Source: Strigamia acuminata
Taxonomy: Eukaryota
Reading direction: 5' to 3'
Length of the DNA stretch: 64,000 nt
Assembly (NCBI GenBank): GCA_949358305.1
Contig: OX442314.1
Coordinates: 17,918,001-17,982,000 of the forward strand
Of the stretch, positions 54,155 to 64,000 are shown one piece after another. A program made the translations under genes and the position numbers. A model generated the notes under the pieces. The model did not search any database. It was not told the DNA's origin and saw nothing but the letters and a program-made list of their open reading frames with translations. How positions within the stretch are numbered: the first letter of the stretch is position 1; every line of letters begins with the position of its first letter.

Positions 54155-57100
54155 GGCATTTTTTTTTTGTAAAAAATAAAAAATCTAATAATAACTATCC
54201 AAACCAAAAATCAGTGTCAGGTAACAAATATCAAAGAATCGTAAGACAAGTCTATATTTCTCTCACGCACTTAAAACTTTCCTAACATCGCATCAAGAGC
54301 GAGACGAAATTAACGTGTAGTCGCCATTCATCATCTTGACAGCTCCTCATCTTTTCTCTCCCTTACTTCTTTTCTATTTAACTTTTTTTAGCCTCGGTCT
54401 AAACTTTTCAACAAAAAAACAAGAAAGAGAAAAGAAAAAAAGAAAAAAAAATCAAATGGATGAGGGAAAAAAGAAAAAAGAAAAAAACACACAACTTGCT
54501 GTTTCACACCGAAGCCACGTGAAATGTCAGACAAAAACAAATTGGTGTGTGACCACAGTTTAAATCTCGTCGACGTGTATATGTTATTGCTTTAGAAATC
54601 CGCGCGCATATTCCACCACGCCCTTTTATTGTTTATTCAGTGGGCAACAAAGATTTGGAAGATGTCTCGAGCAGGATATTAGTAACGAAAAATCAAGAAC
54701 AGCTGCTCTCAACGTACAATTTAAAAATAAAAAATAAATAAGGAAAAAAAAATTAATTGAGGAAAAAATTTTACCCTCCTCCCGCAAGGTTAATCACAGG
54801 TAGAAAACAAATGGCACGGTTTTTAAGTACACAACTGAAAAATTACAATGAAAGGCCTTAAGGAGATGAGTTAAACGTTGCGAATGTTCGATGAATGGTT
54901 AAAAAAAAACACATATGAGAAGAAAAAGAAAAAACAACAAGGTCATGGGTAGAAAAGGAGTGGTTTCACAATACACTCCCACACAACACACCTTGCACGT
55001 ACGAATTATAAACTTGTTTTTCTAAAAAAAAAAAATCTTAAATCAAGAAAAAGACATTTGTTTGCTCAGTCTTGTAGTGATTCTTGAGCTTAATTGTCCA
55101 ATTAACTAATAATTTTCCTAAAATGAGTCAATTTCAACAGAAATTATTAAATAAATTATTCGGAAATAAAACCAACACATGATCGCGACCATTAAAATAA
55201 TAATAATGTGTTTAGGTTCATCATAAGTCCACTGTCCATTGCAAGGTCTGTTAAAGGTGGAAGTCGAAAAGCTATTATCTATTAATCATGGACGAGTTCA
55301 GGTTAATGAAACCATGAACTGATGAAACTTTTGACCGCCAGCTCTGCGCATAATGCTTTGATGGTGACGTGACACGCAACTTTTTTTTATAAAACAAAAA
55401 TTTCCATACGTAAGAAACAAAACAGACTTTATGCAGACTCCTTAATTACTACTCAAAAATGGCAATGCAAGTTTGATTGCCTTCGGCTCGTATTGAAGCT
55501 CCTGTTGAAGGTTCCATGTGTTTGGCGGAAATCCTTTTGAAGCTCGAAGATTATGAAATTTTGCGAGTAATTTAATTTTTTTATACGCAATTAATTAACA
55601 AGAGTCGCTGAGGATGTTGTTTGAGTTTACTTTGTCCGTCTGCTGTAGGCCAAACGACTTGTCATTTTGCAACTTGACATACACAGCCTTACTTGTTAGT
55701 TATGCTCGCGACCGTGCGCTCTGTTTACCTATTTACCTACCTGTAACCCACTTTCCCTTTCCCCATTCAACTGTTAAGCCCACAGAGAGTAGTGTCGGTT
55801 TACACTGCTTCCTGTTGGTCCGAAGAAACAAAATTAACGAATAAAATTGCCCGACATCAAAACAATTCCGCCGAGCAACGAAATCAATTAATATAGCGAT
55901 AAATAAAAGCATACTAAATGAGAAAATCCAGGTGAAGCCTAATGTAAATGTATATCGGTGAATTCAGGGCCAAACAAGAGAAGTTCAAGGTAGGGGTCAT
56001 GGACTTGTAGTAGGTGAGTGTGCTTGCTTTTAGCGGAGCAATTAGTATGGGTTTAGAATGGATTTTTTTCTCTCCCTGTTATTCTCACAGGTGACAGCGG
56101 CCAGCCCCCTTCCACTTTTCTTATTAAAAGTAATTTTCGTCCCGGTCTCGCGAAGAAAAGGAGGAAAATGATTTTAGCAAATTATTTCCCTGTTTCTATC
56201 TTTGTACTCCCCCTTTTTTATATAAAAATTTATTTTCCAAACGCAAGCAAAAAAAATTTTTTAAAATCCTTGAGAAATATTACTATACTATTAAAAATAT
56301 TTGTCCTAGTTATATTTGCATCGATTTTGAATATTTAATTGATAGTGTGTAATCATCGTGCATATTAAGATTCCTTTCCCGTGGAAAACACCAATTATTT
56401 GTGACCCTGAAGTTCAATTTCCAGGAATTTTTAAAAAAGAAGTAAAAAAATAAAAAAAAATAAAATAAAAAGAGCTTACAAATAAAGAGCTAAATAAAAT
56501 ACATGCTCTGGATTTATCTGTCACTATAATGAAAAGTTCAAATTTCCCCTAATTGGTACGTGCGGACTTGTATAAAAACGTGTATTTTCTCCGCCAAACT
56601 CGAGACATTTCACGTTCACAAATGCACACACCGTGCGTCCCGATGAATAATGTGTGTTTAATATATAATTTCACCAAGAAAACGTCGGTGGGAATTTCCT
56701 GTGCATAATAACAGACCATTGAGGTCTCTTCGGACGAATTTTTTGAAGTCGTTTCTAAAACTGAACAGTTTTTTTTTTTATCTGTTAACATTAACTTAAG
56801 TACAAAGACAAAACATCACGCATCAGCCTCAATTTCCACAAACAAAAAAAAAAAAAACAAGGAAAAAAATTCCTTATATTAACCTTGAAACACACCAAAT
56901 AGATAGCATTTATTTGCAGTTATTTAAAAAAAAAGTGAAAAATGCATATAGCTAATTAAAGGAAAAAAATAAATACCGTTGCCTCTTTTAGAGAGCACTG
57001 AAGGAAATAACAATTTTCTAAACTCCCTCCTCTCCCTCAACTTTTTTTTCCCCGTAGTAGAGACTTGATTGACCACCATAAACATGGCCGATGCTTCAAA

Positions 57101-58399
57101 ATTTCCAAAATTCAATAAAACCACACTGCAAATCAAAAAAGAAGTAACAAGTAGAAAAAAGTCTAAAATTAAATCTAAAAAAGAAATGGAAGATAATGAG
57201 AGGGGTCAATAAAAACTCACAAGGTCACAAGAATAGAATCGAAGCACATTTATTTAAGTTAAACGCCAGAATTAAACCATATATAATGCTATCAAGACAT
57301 TGAAAACCTGCTTCTATTTCTTTTTTTTTATTTCTAAAAAAAAATAAATTGTTTTAAAAGCTAAGACACACCTGGATTTTTGCTCACTTTGAAAGGGGGA
57401 TATTACATAAATGAAAAATACCAAGCCCAAACGATCATTCTTGTCAGTTAATTCCTCAAGGGAAAGCAAGAAACGATAATCATCACTACGATATATTACA
57501 CTACACTTCAAAAAATCAACCTTTTTTATGTTATGGACACTTTAACCTTTTTAGATTTCCTTCCCCTTTGTACATTTCCACGTATTTTTTTTTCCGTCGA
57601 CTGTTTTAGCAGCGAATTATTCGATACAAATGAAGTTTGCCAACTTAATTTCCTATGATCACAGGTGTTAAACAGGTGCATGTCAATCACGTACATTCAA
57701 TCTTGAAAATAAATAAAAAGTTTGTACACTACGCTATCGATTTCTTGGTTGTACAAAGTGGGGGGTGGTTCCACCAGTCCCGAGTAATTTCTTACGATCG
57801 TAAATCAGAGAAAGATGGCGAGGTGAGGGATGAAGGGTGTAGGCAATATCGGGAGGAGGAGAACGGTTGCCAACACTTGCTTAAAGTATAAACTTCAATG
57901 TATTAATTGCGATCGTAAAATGACTCATTAAATTACAAAATATAGATATTGAAAGTGAGAAATTAAAAAACGTACAATAAAACTCGGGTCCACGACATGC
58001 CACATGATACAAATAAAACTAAAATAATATACACTTACATTATTTATTTTTCCCCTCCGAACACCAGTTATCCTTGAAGATAAAATTCGACCTGTTTTTT
58101 TTTCTTCTTTATTTTTTTCTTCCATTCATTTGGTTCTAGCCCCTCATCTACTTTATACGTACATTTTGAAAAACGCGCGTTTTCTCCACAAATGATTTTC
58201 GTGTAATAAAAAAAAATTAGTGATTACAACAAATCTATTCTCAGAAAATTTTGGTTAAAATGTTTTGCATTTACATAATTTTTGCTCATTATAAAATCAA
58301 TAATTACCTGAGTCCATGATGCAAGAGATAACGGTAATGAAGAATGCACGCTCTCAGCTCTTGACAAATGACTCATTAATTTCACCAGAAAGTTGTAGG

Positions 58400-58404
58400 A
58401 AAAC
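58400..58404 (+). repeat. Left 5-bp target-site duplication AAAAC (right copy at 63273-63277)
   Basis: AAAAC lies immediately before the TG of the 5' LTR and immediately after the CA of the 3' LTR; 5 bp is the usual copia TSD length. Confidence 0.93.
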
Positions 58405-58611
58405 TGTTAAGTTATGTTAATGTGATGTTGAGTTCATTGTTAAGAACGTGTTACTGCTATATCATACTGTTACATTGTTGTAAAAGCGTTACCATGACAA
58501 TTTTGTATTACTCCTCACTTGCTTGTATTTTACCCACGAGTAAAGACGTGTGTTTTGTTTTCCACTTTAAAAAACCTCTCCTTTATTTCAACGTGATGCC
58601 CCAGCATAACA
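58405..58611 (+). repeat. 5' LTR (207 bp)
   Basis: Starts TGTTAAGTTATG and ends CAGCATAACA; no differences from 63066-63272 seen by eye; 5-bp terminal inverted repeat TGTTA/TAACA. Confidence 0.97.
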
Positions 58612-58615
58612 AATT

Positions 58616-58629
58616 GGTTATGGGTCCAG
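58616..58629 (+). promoter_or_regulatory. Primer-binding site, half-tRNA-iMet type (GGTTATGGGTCCAG)
   Basis: Starts after a 4-nt spacer following the 5' LTR; 13/14 match to GGTTATGGGCCCAG, the complement of the anticodon arm of initiator tRNA-Met used by Drosophila copia; the one change would form a G:U pair. Confidence 0.88.
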
Positions 58630-58697
58630 GACGTTAAGCAGCGCGGGTGTGTCCAACGAATATCGGAAAGGTAGACGAACGTTTCCACGGCACGACG

Positions 58698-58748
58698 AGA
58701 CGATTCGAACGTACGGCAGACGATTCGAACGTGCGGCAGACGTTCCGA
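58698..58748 (+). repeat. 20-bp tandem repeat in the retrotransposon 5' leader
   Basis: AGACGATTCGAACGTACGGC / AGACGATTCGAACGTGCGGC / partial AGACGTTCCGA, plus a degenerate copy near 58769. Confidence 0.85.
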
Positions 58749-59167
58749 GAAAACGGAAAAACGAGCGGAATCGAACGTGTGGCAAGACGGGCCTAAATCG
58801 AACGAGGACGCAAACGAGGTCGGGAACTGTGAGTTATTTTCGACTAGTAATTAGCTTCATGAGCCATAAGGGACGAAAGGCATAATTTTCAACGAGTTTG
58901 CAACGAACGGGATTCGAACGACGCCATTTTCGAACTGCACGTGCAACCGAAACAAGAAGAAAACGACGCCATTATTGAAGCAAAACGAACTATTTGTGCA
59001 TGCAATTGTTTAAAACTTGTATTGTTAGGATCTGCGCAACGAAGCTTTGTTGTAGTTTTAAGATACAATTAAGTTTGTTTCAATTGTTGTTGCTATTTTG
59101 GGGGAAAATTGTTTGAAACTGACAACAGTCTGTGCTATTTGCAATTTTGAAAATTTTCCGAGACAAG

Positions 59168-62100
59168 ATGACGACTGAGACTTCATCTAGCATTACTTCC
59201 TACGGGATAGAAAAAATGGATGGTACCAACTATTTGTCTTGGGCATTCAGTGTCAAGCTTCTATTAACCGAGAAGAAACTTTGGAAAGTAGTAGACGGGA
59301 CAGAAACTGAAGCCGATGCAACGAAATTGGCTGATTTGACAAATAAAGCTTTTTCAATAATTGGTTTGACAATCAAAACACAACAGCAATCACATATACG
59401 GGGATTGCAAAGTCCAAAAGAAGCTTGGGATCGACTGAAAGAAGTCTACGAACCGACGAACTCGTTACGCATCGTCCAACTCCGCCGAGAACTTTATTCA
59501 ACAATGAAGCAGACCGGTGAAAATATGGACAAGTATCTCATGAGAGTGTCCGAATGCTCCGAGAGATTAACGAATGCGGGCCAAACGGTCGGGGACACAG
59601 ATTTGGCTTGGGCCATGTTATGTGGTTTGACCAAAGAATACGAAGGACTGATTACGTCAGTACACACGATTGCAAAAGCGGATTTCACGTCGAACAAAAT
59701 AAAAGACATGATATTGGCGGAGTCTTCAAGAAGAGAGACTTCAGACAATACCAAACGGGATTCGGCTGTGCTAATTGCGAACAAGATTCCACAGCAACGT
59801 GATCTTAAAAAGATCAAATGTTACAATTGTAACAAATTTGGCCATTATGCGCGGGACTGCCACAAGCCCAAGAAGGAAAGAAGCGCTGAGTCCAAGAATT
59901 CCAGTGACCACAAGAAGGCCAATGTTATGTCGGCATTTGCGGCGCGAGCGGATAAGGACGTTTGGGTGATCGATTCAGGAGCGAGTCATCACATGACAGC
60001 GCAGAAAGGGAAATTTTTGGAACTTCAAAATCCCAAAGTGGCGGAAATAAATATCGCAAACGGAAAGAAGGTCAAAGTAGAAGCTCAAGGGGACATCAAC
60101 GTAGATTTCGTGTACGATGGGCAGACAGTACCAACGATTTTAAAAGAAGTACTTTACGTGCCGGAAGTGACGATGAATTTACTCTCCGTCGCGCAACTGG
60201 AAGCAAAAGGCTACTGGTTGTCATTCAAGAACGGATTTTGCAACGTGATGAATTCAAAGGATGTCGTGATTCTTCGAGCGAAGAGAGAAAACAGAATGTA
60301 TCTGGTCAACGAGGCGTCACATCACGGGATGACGGCGACAACGGAAGCGACCAAAAACGAAATTTGGCATCAAAGATACATGCACGTGTCTTTGGACAGT
60401 CTACAAAAGATGGCCGAAAAAGACAAAGTCAGGGGATTGGAGATCAACAAAGATGCAATCAGCAAATGTGATTCATGTCTCCAAGGAAAATCCACCCGAA
60501 AACCATTCAACAAGGAAGAACGGAAGTTGGCATCCGAAGTACTGGATTTGATCCATTCGGACATTGCGGGTCCACTTCAAACAAAGAGCAAGGGAGGGCA
60601 TCGTTACTACATTACGTTTATTGATGATAAGTCAAGGAAAATAGATGTCTACTTTCTGACCCACAAATCTGAAGCGCTTGAAAAATTTCAAGATTACATG
60701 ACGAGAATGGAGAGAAAAACGGGGAAGAAAATAAAAGCCTTGCGAACGGATAACGGGCTCGAATACTGCAACGAAGAATTTGACCGTTTCCTGAAGGAGA
60801 AAGGAATTTCTCATCAACGCACCGCAGTGTACACCCCAGAACAAAATGGAATTTCTGAGAGATTAAACCGGACATTGCTGGATCTGGTGCGGTCAAGTTT
60901 GATCCAAACGCAATTGGGTGCAGATTTTTGGGCTGAAGCAGTCAATACTGCAGTTTACGTGAGAAACCGGACAGTGACACAAATCACTGGGAAAACGCCG
61001 TATGAAGTTTGGTACGGGCGAACGCCATCCGTGAAACACTTAAGAGTGTTTGGCTGCAATGCAGTGATGCACGTTCCCGCGGCCAAAAGAAGAAAATTGG
61101 ACAATCGCGGAGAAAAATGCATATTTCTTGGGTATTCAGCCGGGGAGAAGACATATCGGTTGTGGAATACCAAGAAAAGAAAAGTGATGACTTCACGTGA
61201 CGTCGTGTTCAAAGAAAATGAATTCGGATTCAACGAAACGGATGAACTGGACGCGAAGGAAGTAATGACTCTCACTTTCGACGAACCGAAACAAGTTCCG
61301 CCAGCGGCAAAACCAAAACGTGGACGACCGACAAAAGCTGAAGCCGTTCAAAAACAGTACGAACCAACAAAGATGATTCTCCGAAGTCAGGTGCAACAAC
61401 AAGCGGAACCGGAAGTTGCAGAAACGGAAGATGCTGAGGAGGAAGATGAAGAGGATTTGATAGGAACAGCAATGTTTTGTCATTTTGAAGAACCTTCTAC
61501 CTACCAAGAGGCATTGAATTCCAAGGACGCAACGAAATGGCAAACCGCAATAGATGACGAATTAAACAGCTTACACAAGAATGAAACATGGGAGATTACG
61601 GATTTACCAAAAGACAGCAAAGCGATTGGCTGTAAATGGGTGTTTCGAGTCAAACAAAACCCAGATGGTTCAGTTGAGCGGTATAAAGCGCGCTTAGTTG
61701 CCAAAGGATTTACACAGCGCTACGGTCATGATTATACCGAGACATATTCTCCAGTGGCCGGAATTGCGACAATGCGACTCATAATTGCTATAGCTGTAAT
61801 TTTGGGTTGGGTGTTGGAACAAGTTGATGTAACGACAGCATACTTAAATGGTATACTCGAAGAAGAAGTCTACATGGAAATTCCCGAAGGCTTAGTGGGA
61901 AAATGGAAAAACAAAGTGTGCAGACTAATCAAGTCGTTATACGGATTAAAACAATCAGGACGTGCGTGGAATGACAAGTTGGACGAGGAACTCGAGAAAC
62001 AGGGTTTCAAACGTTGTTTTTCCGACGCGTGTGTTTATTGGATTCAAATAGGAAACGAACGCGGAATTATCGGGGTTTACGTCGACGACATGGTGATAGC

Positions 62101-63046
62101 CGGACAATCAGAAAACATGTGTCGAGAAATCAAAAAGAGACTGCGTAAATGTTTTGAAATCAAAGAACTTGGAACTCTGAAGTACATGTTAGGAATCGAA
62201 TTTGGACGGGATAAAAACGGAAACATGTTTTTAACGCAAGAAAAATATGTTGAGAAAATCCTGAAGAGATTCAACATGACTGATTCAAAACCAATGGCGA
62301 CACCAATAGTGAAATGTACTGACAACAATAAGAAAGAGCCAGAAGAATTTGAAGATCTGACGGTCGAGCCTTATAGAGAGGTAATTGGCTGCTTATCTTA
62401 CTTGGCCAACAGTACGAGACCGGACATTTCACACGCTGTAAATGTGTTAGCACAATTTAACAGCAAACCAAAAACCAATCACTGGCAAATGGCCAAACGC
62501 ATTCTACGATATCTGTCGGGAACCAAGAAACACGGATTGGTTTACAATGAGAATAAAGGATTTTTGACTGCATTCGCAGACGCAGATTGGGCGAATTGCA
62601 AGATTAACCGAAGATCTTACAGCGGAACTTTGCTGAAACTAGCCGAGAATTTAGTAATATGGCAGAGCAGCAAGCAGAAGGTCGTAGCCACCAGCAGCAT
62701 GGAAGCCGAGTACATCTCGATGTGCAATTGTTCGAAAGACATTGTATGGATGCGACGACTGATCGAAGAGTTGGATTTGTCAACGTTGATCGGAGGACCA
62801 ACAATCATGAGATGCGACAACCAACCAGCTAAAGTTTTTGCACAAAGCAATGTGGAGAACCGGAGATCAAAACATATTGATGTCCGGTACCACTACATCA
62901 GAGAACAGATAAAGGCGAAACGAGTCAAATTGGAATTTGTTCCAACCGAGAACAATGAAGCTGATTTATTGACAAAGCCTTTAGATAAAGTGAAATTAAG
63001 TAATTTCAGAGAATTATTAGGTGTGAAACCAATTATCAGGGCATAA
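59168..63046 (+). CDS. Copia gag-pol polyprotein (1292 aa from the first ATG): Gag, CCHC knuckle, aspartic protease, integrase, reverse transcriptase, RNase H
   Basis: Motifs in order: CYNCNKFGHYARDC; WVIDSGASHHM; WHQRYMH...CDSC (HHCC); HSD...TDNG...GISER (DDE); LYGLKQ and YVDD (RT); FADADWA, SMEAEY, CDN, KHID, ADLLTK (RNase H). No stops or frameshifts. The ORF track starts at a GTG (59132); the first ATG is 59168. Confidence 0.97.
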   Translation: MTTETSSSITSYGIEKMDGTNYLSWAFSVKLLLTEKKLWKVVDGTETEADATKLADLTNKAFSIIGLTIKTQQQSHIRGLQSPKEAWDRLKEVYEPTNSLRIVQLRRELYSTMKQTGENMDKYLMRVSECSERLTNAGQTVGDTDLAWAMLCGLTKEYEGLITSVHTIAKADFTSNKIKDMILAESSRRETSDNTKRDSAVLIANKIPQQRDLKKIKCYNCNKFGHYARDCHKPKKERSAESKNSSDHKKANVMSAFAARADKDVWVIDSGASHHMTAQKGKFLELQNPKVAEINIANGKKVKVEAQGDINVDFVYDGQTVPTILKEVLYVPEVTMNLLSVAQLEAKGYWLSFKNGFCNVMNSKDVVILRAKRENRMYLVNEASHHGMTATTEATKNEIWHQRYMHVSLDSLQKMAEKDKVRGLEINKDAISKCDSCLQGKSTRKPFNKEERKLASEVLDLIHSDIAGPLQTKSKGGHRYYITFIDDKSRKIDVYFLTHKSEALEKFQDYMTRMERKTGKKIKALRTDNGLEYCNEEFDRFLKEKGISHQRTAVYTPEQNGISERLNRTLLDLVRSSLIQTQLGADFWAEAVNTAVYVRNRTVTQITGKTPYEVWYGRTPSVKHLRVFGCNAVMHVPAAKRRKLDNRGEKCIFLGYSAGEKTYRLWNTKKRKVMTSRDVVFKENEFGFNETDELDAKEVMTLTFDEPKQVPPAAKPKRGRPTKAEAVQKQYEPTKMILRSQVQQQAEPEVAETEDAEEEDEEDLIGTAMFCHFEEPSTYQEALNSKDATKWQTAIDDELNSLHKNETWEITDLPKDSKAIGCKWVFRVKQNPDGSVERYKARLVAKGFTQRYGHDYTETYSPVAGIATMRLIIAIAVILGWVLEQVDVTTAYLNGILEEEVYMEIPEGLVGKWKNKVCRLIKSLYGLKQSGRAWNDKLDEELEKQGFKRCFSDACVYWIQIGNERGIIGVYVDDMVIAGQSENMCREIKKRLRKCFEIKELGTLKYMLGIEFGRDKNGNMFLTQEKYVEKILKRFNMTDSKPMATPIVKCTDNNKKEPEEFEDLTVEPYREVIGCLSYLANSTRPDISHAVNVLAQFNSKPKTNHWQMAKRILRYLSGTKKHGLVYNENKGFLTAFADADWANCKINRRSYSGTLLKLAENLVIWQSSKQKVVATSSMEAEYISMCNCSKDIVWMRRLIEELDLSTLIGGPTIMRCDNQPAKVFAQSNVENRRSKHIDVRYHYIREQIKAKRVKLEFVPTENNEADLLTKPLDKVKLSNFRELLGVKPIIRA

Positions 63047-63054
63047 TGGGTTTC

Positions 63055-63065
63055 AGGGGAAGTAA
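63055..63065 (+). promoter_or_regulatory. Polypurine tract (AGGGGAAGTAA)
   Basis: Purine-rich run directly abutting the 3' LTR. Confidence 0.85.
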
Positions 63066-63272
63066 TGTTAAGTTATGTTAATGTGATGTTGAGTTCATTG
63101 TTAAGAACGTGTTACTGCTATATCATACTGTTACATTGTTGTAAAAGCGTTACCATGACAATTTTGTATTACTCCTCACTTGCTTGTATTTTACCCACGA
63201 GTAAAGACGTGTGTTTTGTTTTCCACTTTAAAAAACCTCTCCTTTATTTCAACGTGATGCCCCAGCATAACA
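63066..63272 (+). repeat. 3' LTR (207 bp)
   Basis: Direct repeat of 58405-58611; ORF-track translations across both copies match. Confidence 0.97.
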
Positions 63273-63417
63273 AAAACATTATTTTCCCTCCATTTCAGTT
63301 CAATCATAATTTTTCATTATTAGTAAATTATTATTTTTTCCTTTTTGTTACCACCACAAAGCAATAAAAGTTTTATTAACCTTTTCAAATCTGCCATCTG
63401 TATACATATTTATACGA

Positions 63418-63419
<2 letters not shown>

Positions 63420-63460
<41 letters not shown>
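63420..63460. repeat. Poly(A) tract, 41 nt
   Basis: Read directly; about 150 bp downstream of the retrotransposon. Confidence 0.95.
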
Positions 63461-63468
<8 letters not shown>

Positions 63469-64000
63469 AATAAAAAATTCAATTTGACCACAACATAATC
63501 TTGTTTAATATTCATAAAAATTTAATTGAAAAAGACCTTGGAAAAGAAATAAAAAGCAGAAGAGATTTTTTTCTTCCCAAACCTCTTTGCACAGCCATTG
63601 CCATCTGTTAGCAAAACTTGAAAAGATTGTATTTCAAATTAGGTTAGCAGCTAATTCGACTTGGGAATTGCGCTAGAAAACTCAATTTCCTCACGTTTTT
63701 ACTCCTCTTTTTCCCCCAAACTATAAATCTTTCGTTTGGCATTCCGACTCCCCCAGTTTGTTTAATGTTTCAGTTGGTAATTTACAGGAACATCAAGTTT
63801 TCCATTCTTGTCTGACACTCTTTCTTAATTGCGATAGGACCGTAAGTTGGGACAATTATGTCCCTGTCCGTGTTTCCTGTGGGTGTGGAAACGCATCTCC
63901 CCGCCATGATTCACACACACCCTATCGAGGGAATTATTGTTTGAAAAATTACTCTTGTCGCTGAGCAAAATTACTCAAATTTTAATTTTTTCTTTCCTCT

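Larger units (their letters stand above)
58405..63272 (+). mobile_element. Full-length Ty1/copia LTR retrotransposon, intact and recently inserted
   Basis: Two 207-bp direct repeats (TGTTA...TAACA); AAAAC on both flanks (58400-58404, 63273-63277); PBS after the 5' LTR; PPT before the 3' LTR; single ORF in copia domain order (integrase before RT). Confidence 0.98.

Noticed and set aside
38..58125. The many 60-170 aa ORFs in the ORF track
   Set aside because: Mostly F/K/I/L-rich products of A/T tracts, often with non-ATG starts and no recognisable domains.
59494..62850. Short ORFs overlapping the polyprotein on other frames or strands, including the 169-aa ORF at 59962-60471
   Set aside because: Shadow ORFs of a coding region; no env-like or other domain signature.
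63363..63460. AATAAA followed by a 41-nt poly(A), a possible retrocopy tail
   Set aside because: The signal is ~50 nt from the A tract, there is no TSD or recognisable body, and A tracts are common in this window.
1..64000. CRISPR arrays, rRNA, operons or prokaryotic defence systems
   Set aside because: None seen; the sequence organisation is eukaryotic.

Overview
This is AT-rich eukaryotic DNA, most likely from an invertebrate or arthropod (inferred from splice signals, homopolymer tracts and the Drosophila-copia-type primer site). The only unambiguous gene is a complete, intact and very young Ty1/copia LTR retrotransposon (58405-63272, +). It has 207-bp LTRs that are identical by eye, an AAAAC target-site duplication, a half-tRNA-iMet primer site, a polypurine tract and one uninterrupted gag-PR-IN-RT-RNaseH ORF. 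The first ~58 kb has no long host ORF. Its A>T and C>G skew on the + strand and several minus-strand splice-flanked segments suggest large 5' introns of an unidentified minus-strand gene, possibly with several alternative first exons. This gene model is tentative. The region also holds a TA-flanked Tc1/mariner-type MITE (47840-48078), a tRNA-like A/B-box element (31636-31708), about eight RFX X-box-like palindromes, candidate microexons and recursive-splice-like sites, hairpins and microsatellites. I found no convincing new biological system; apart from the retrotransposon and the MITE, the calls are hypotheses.
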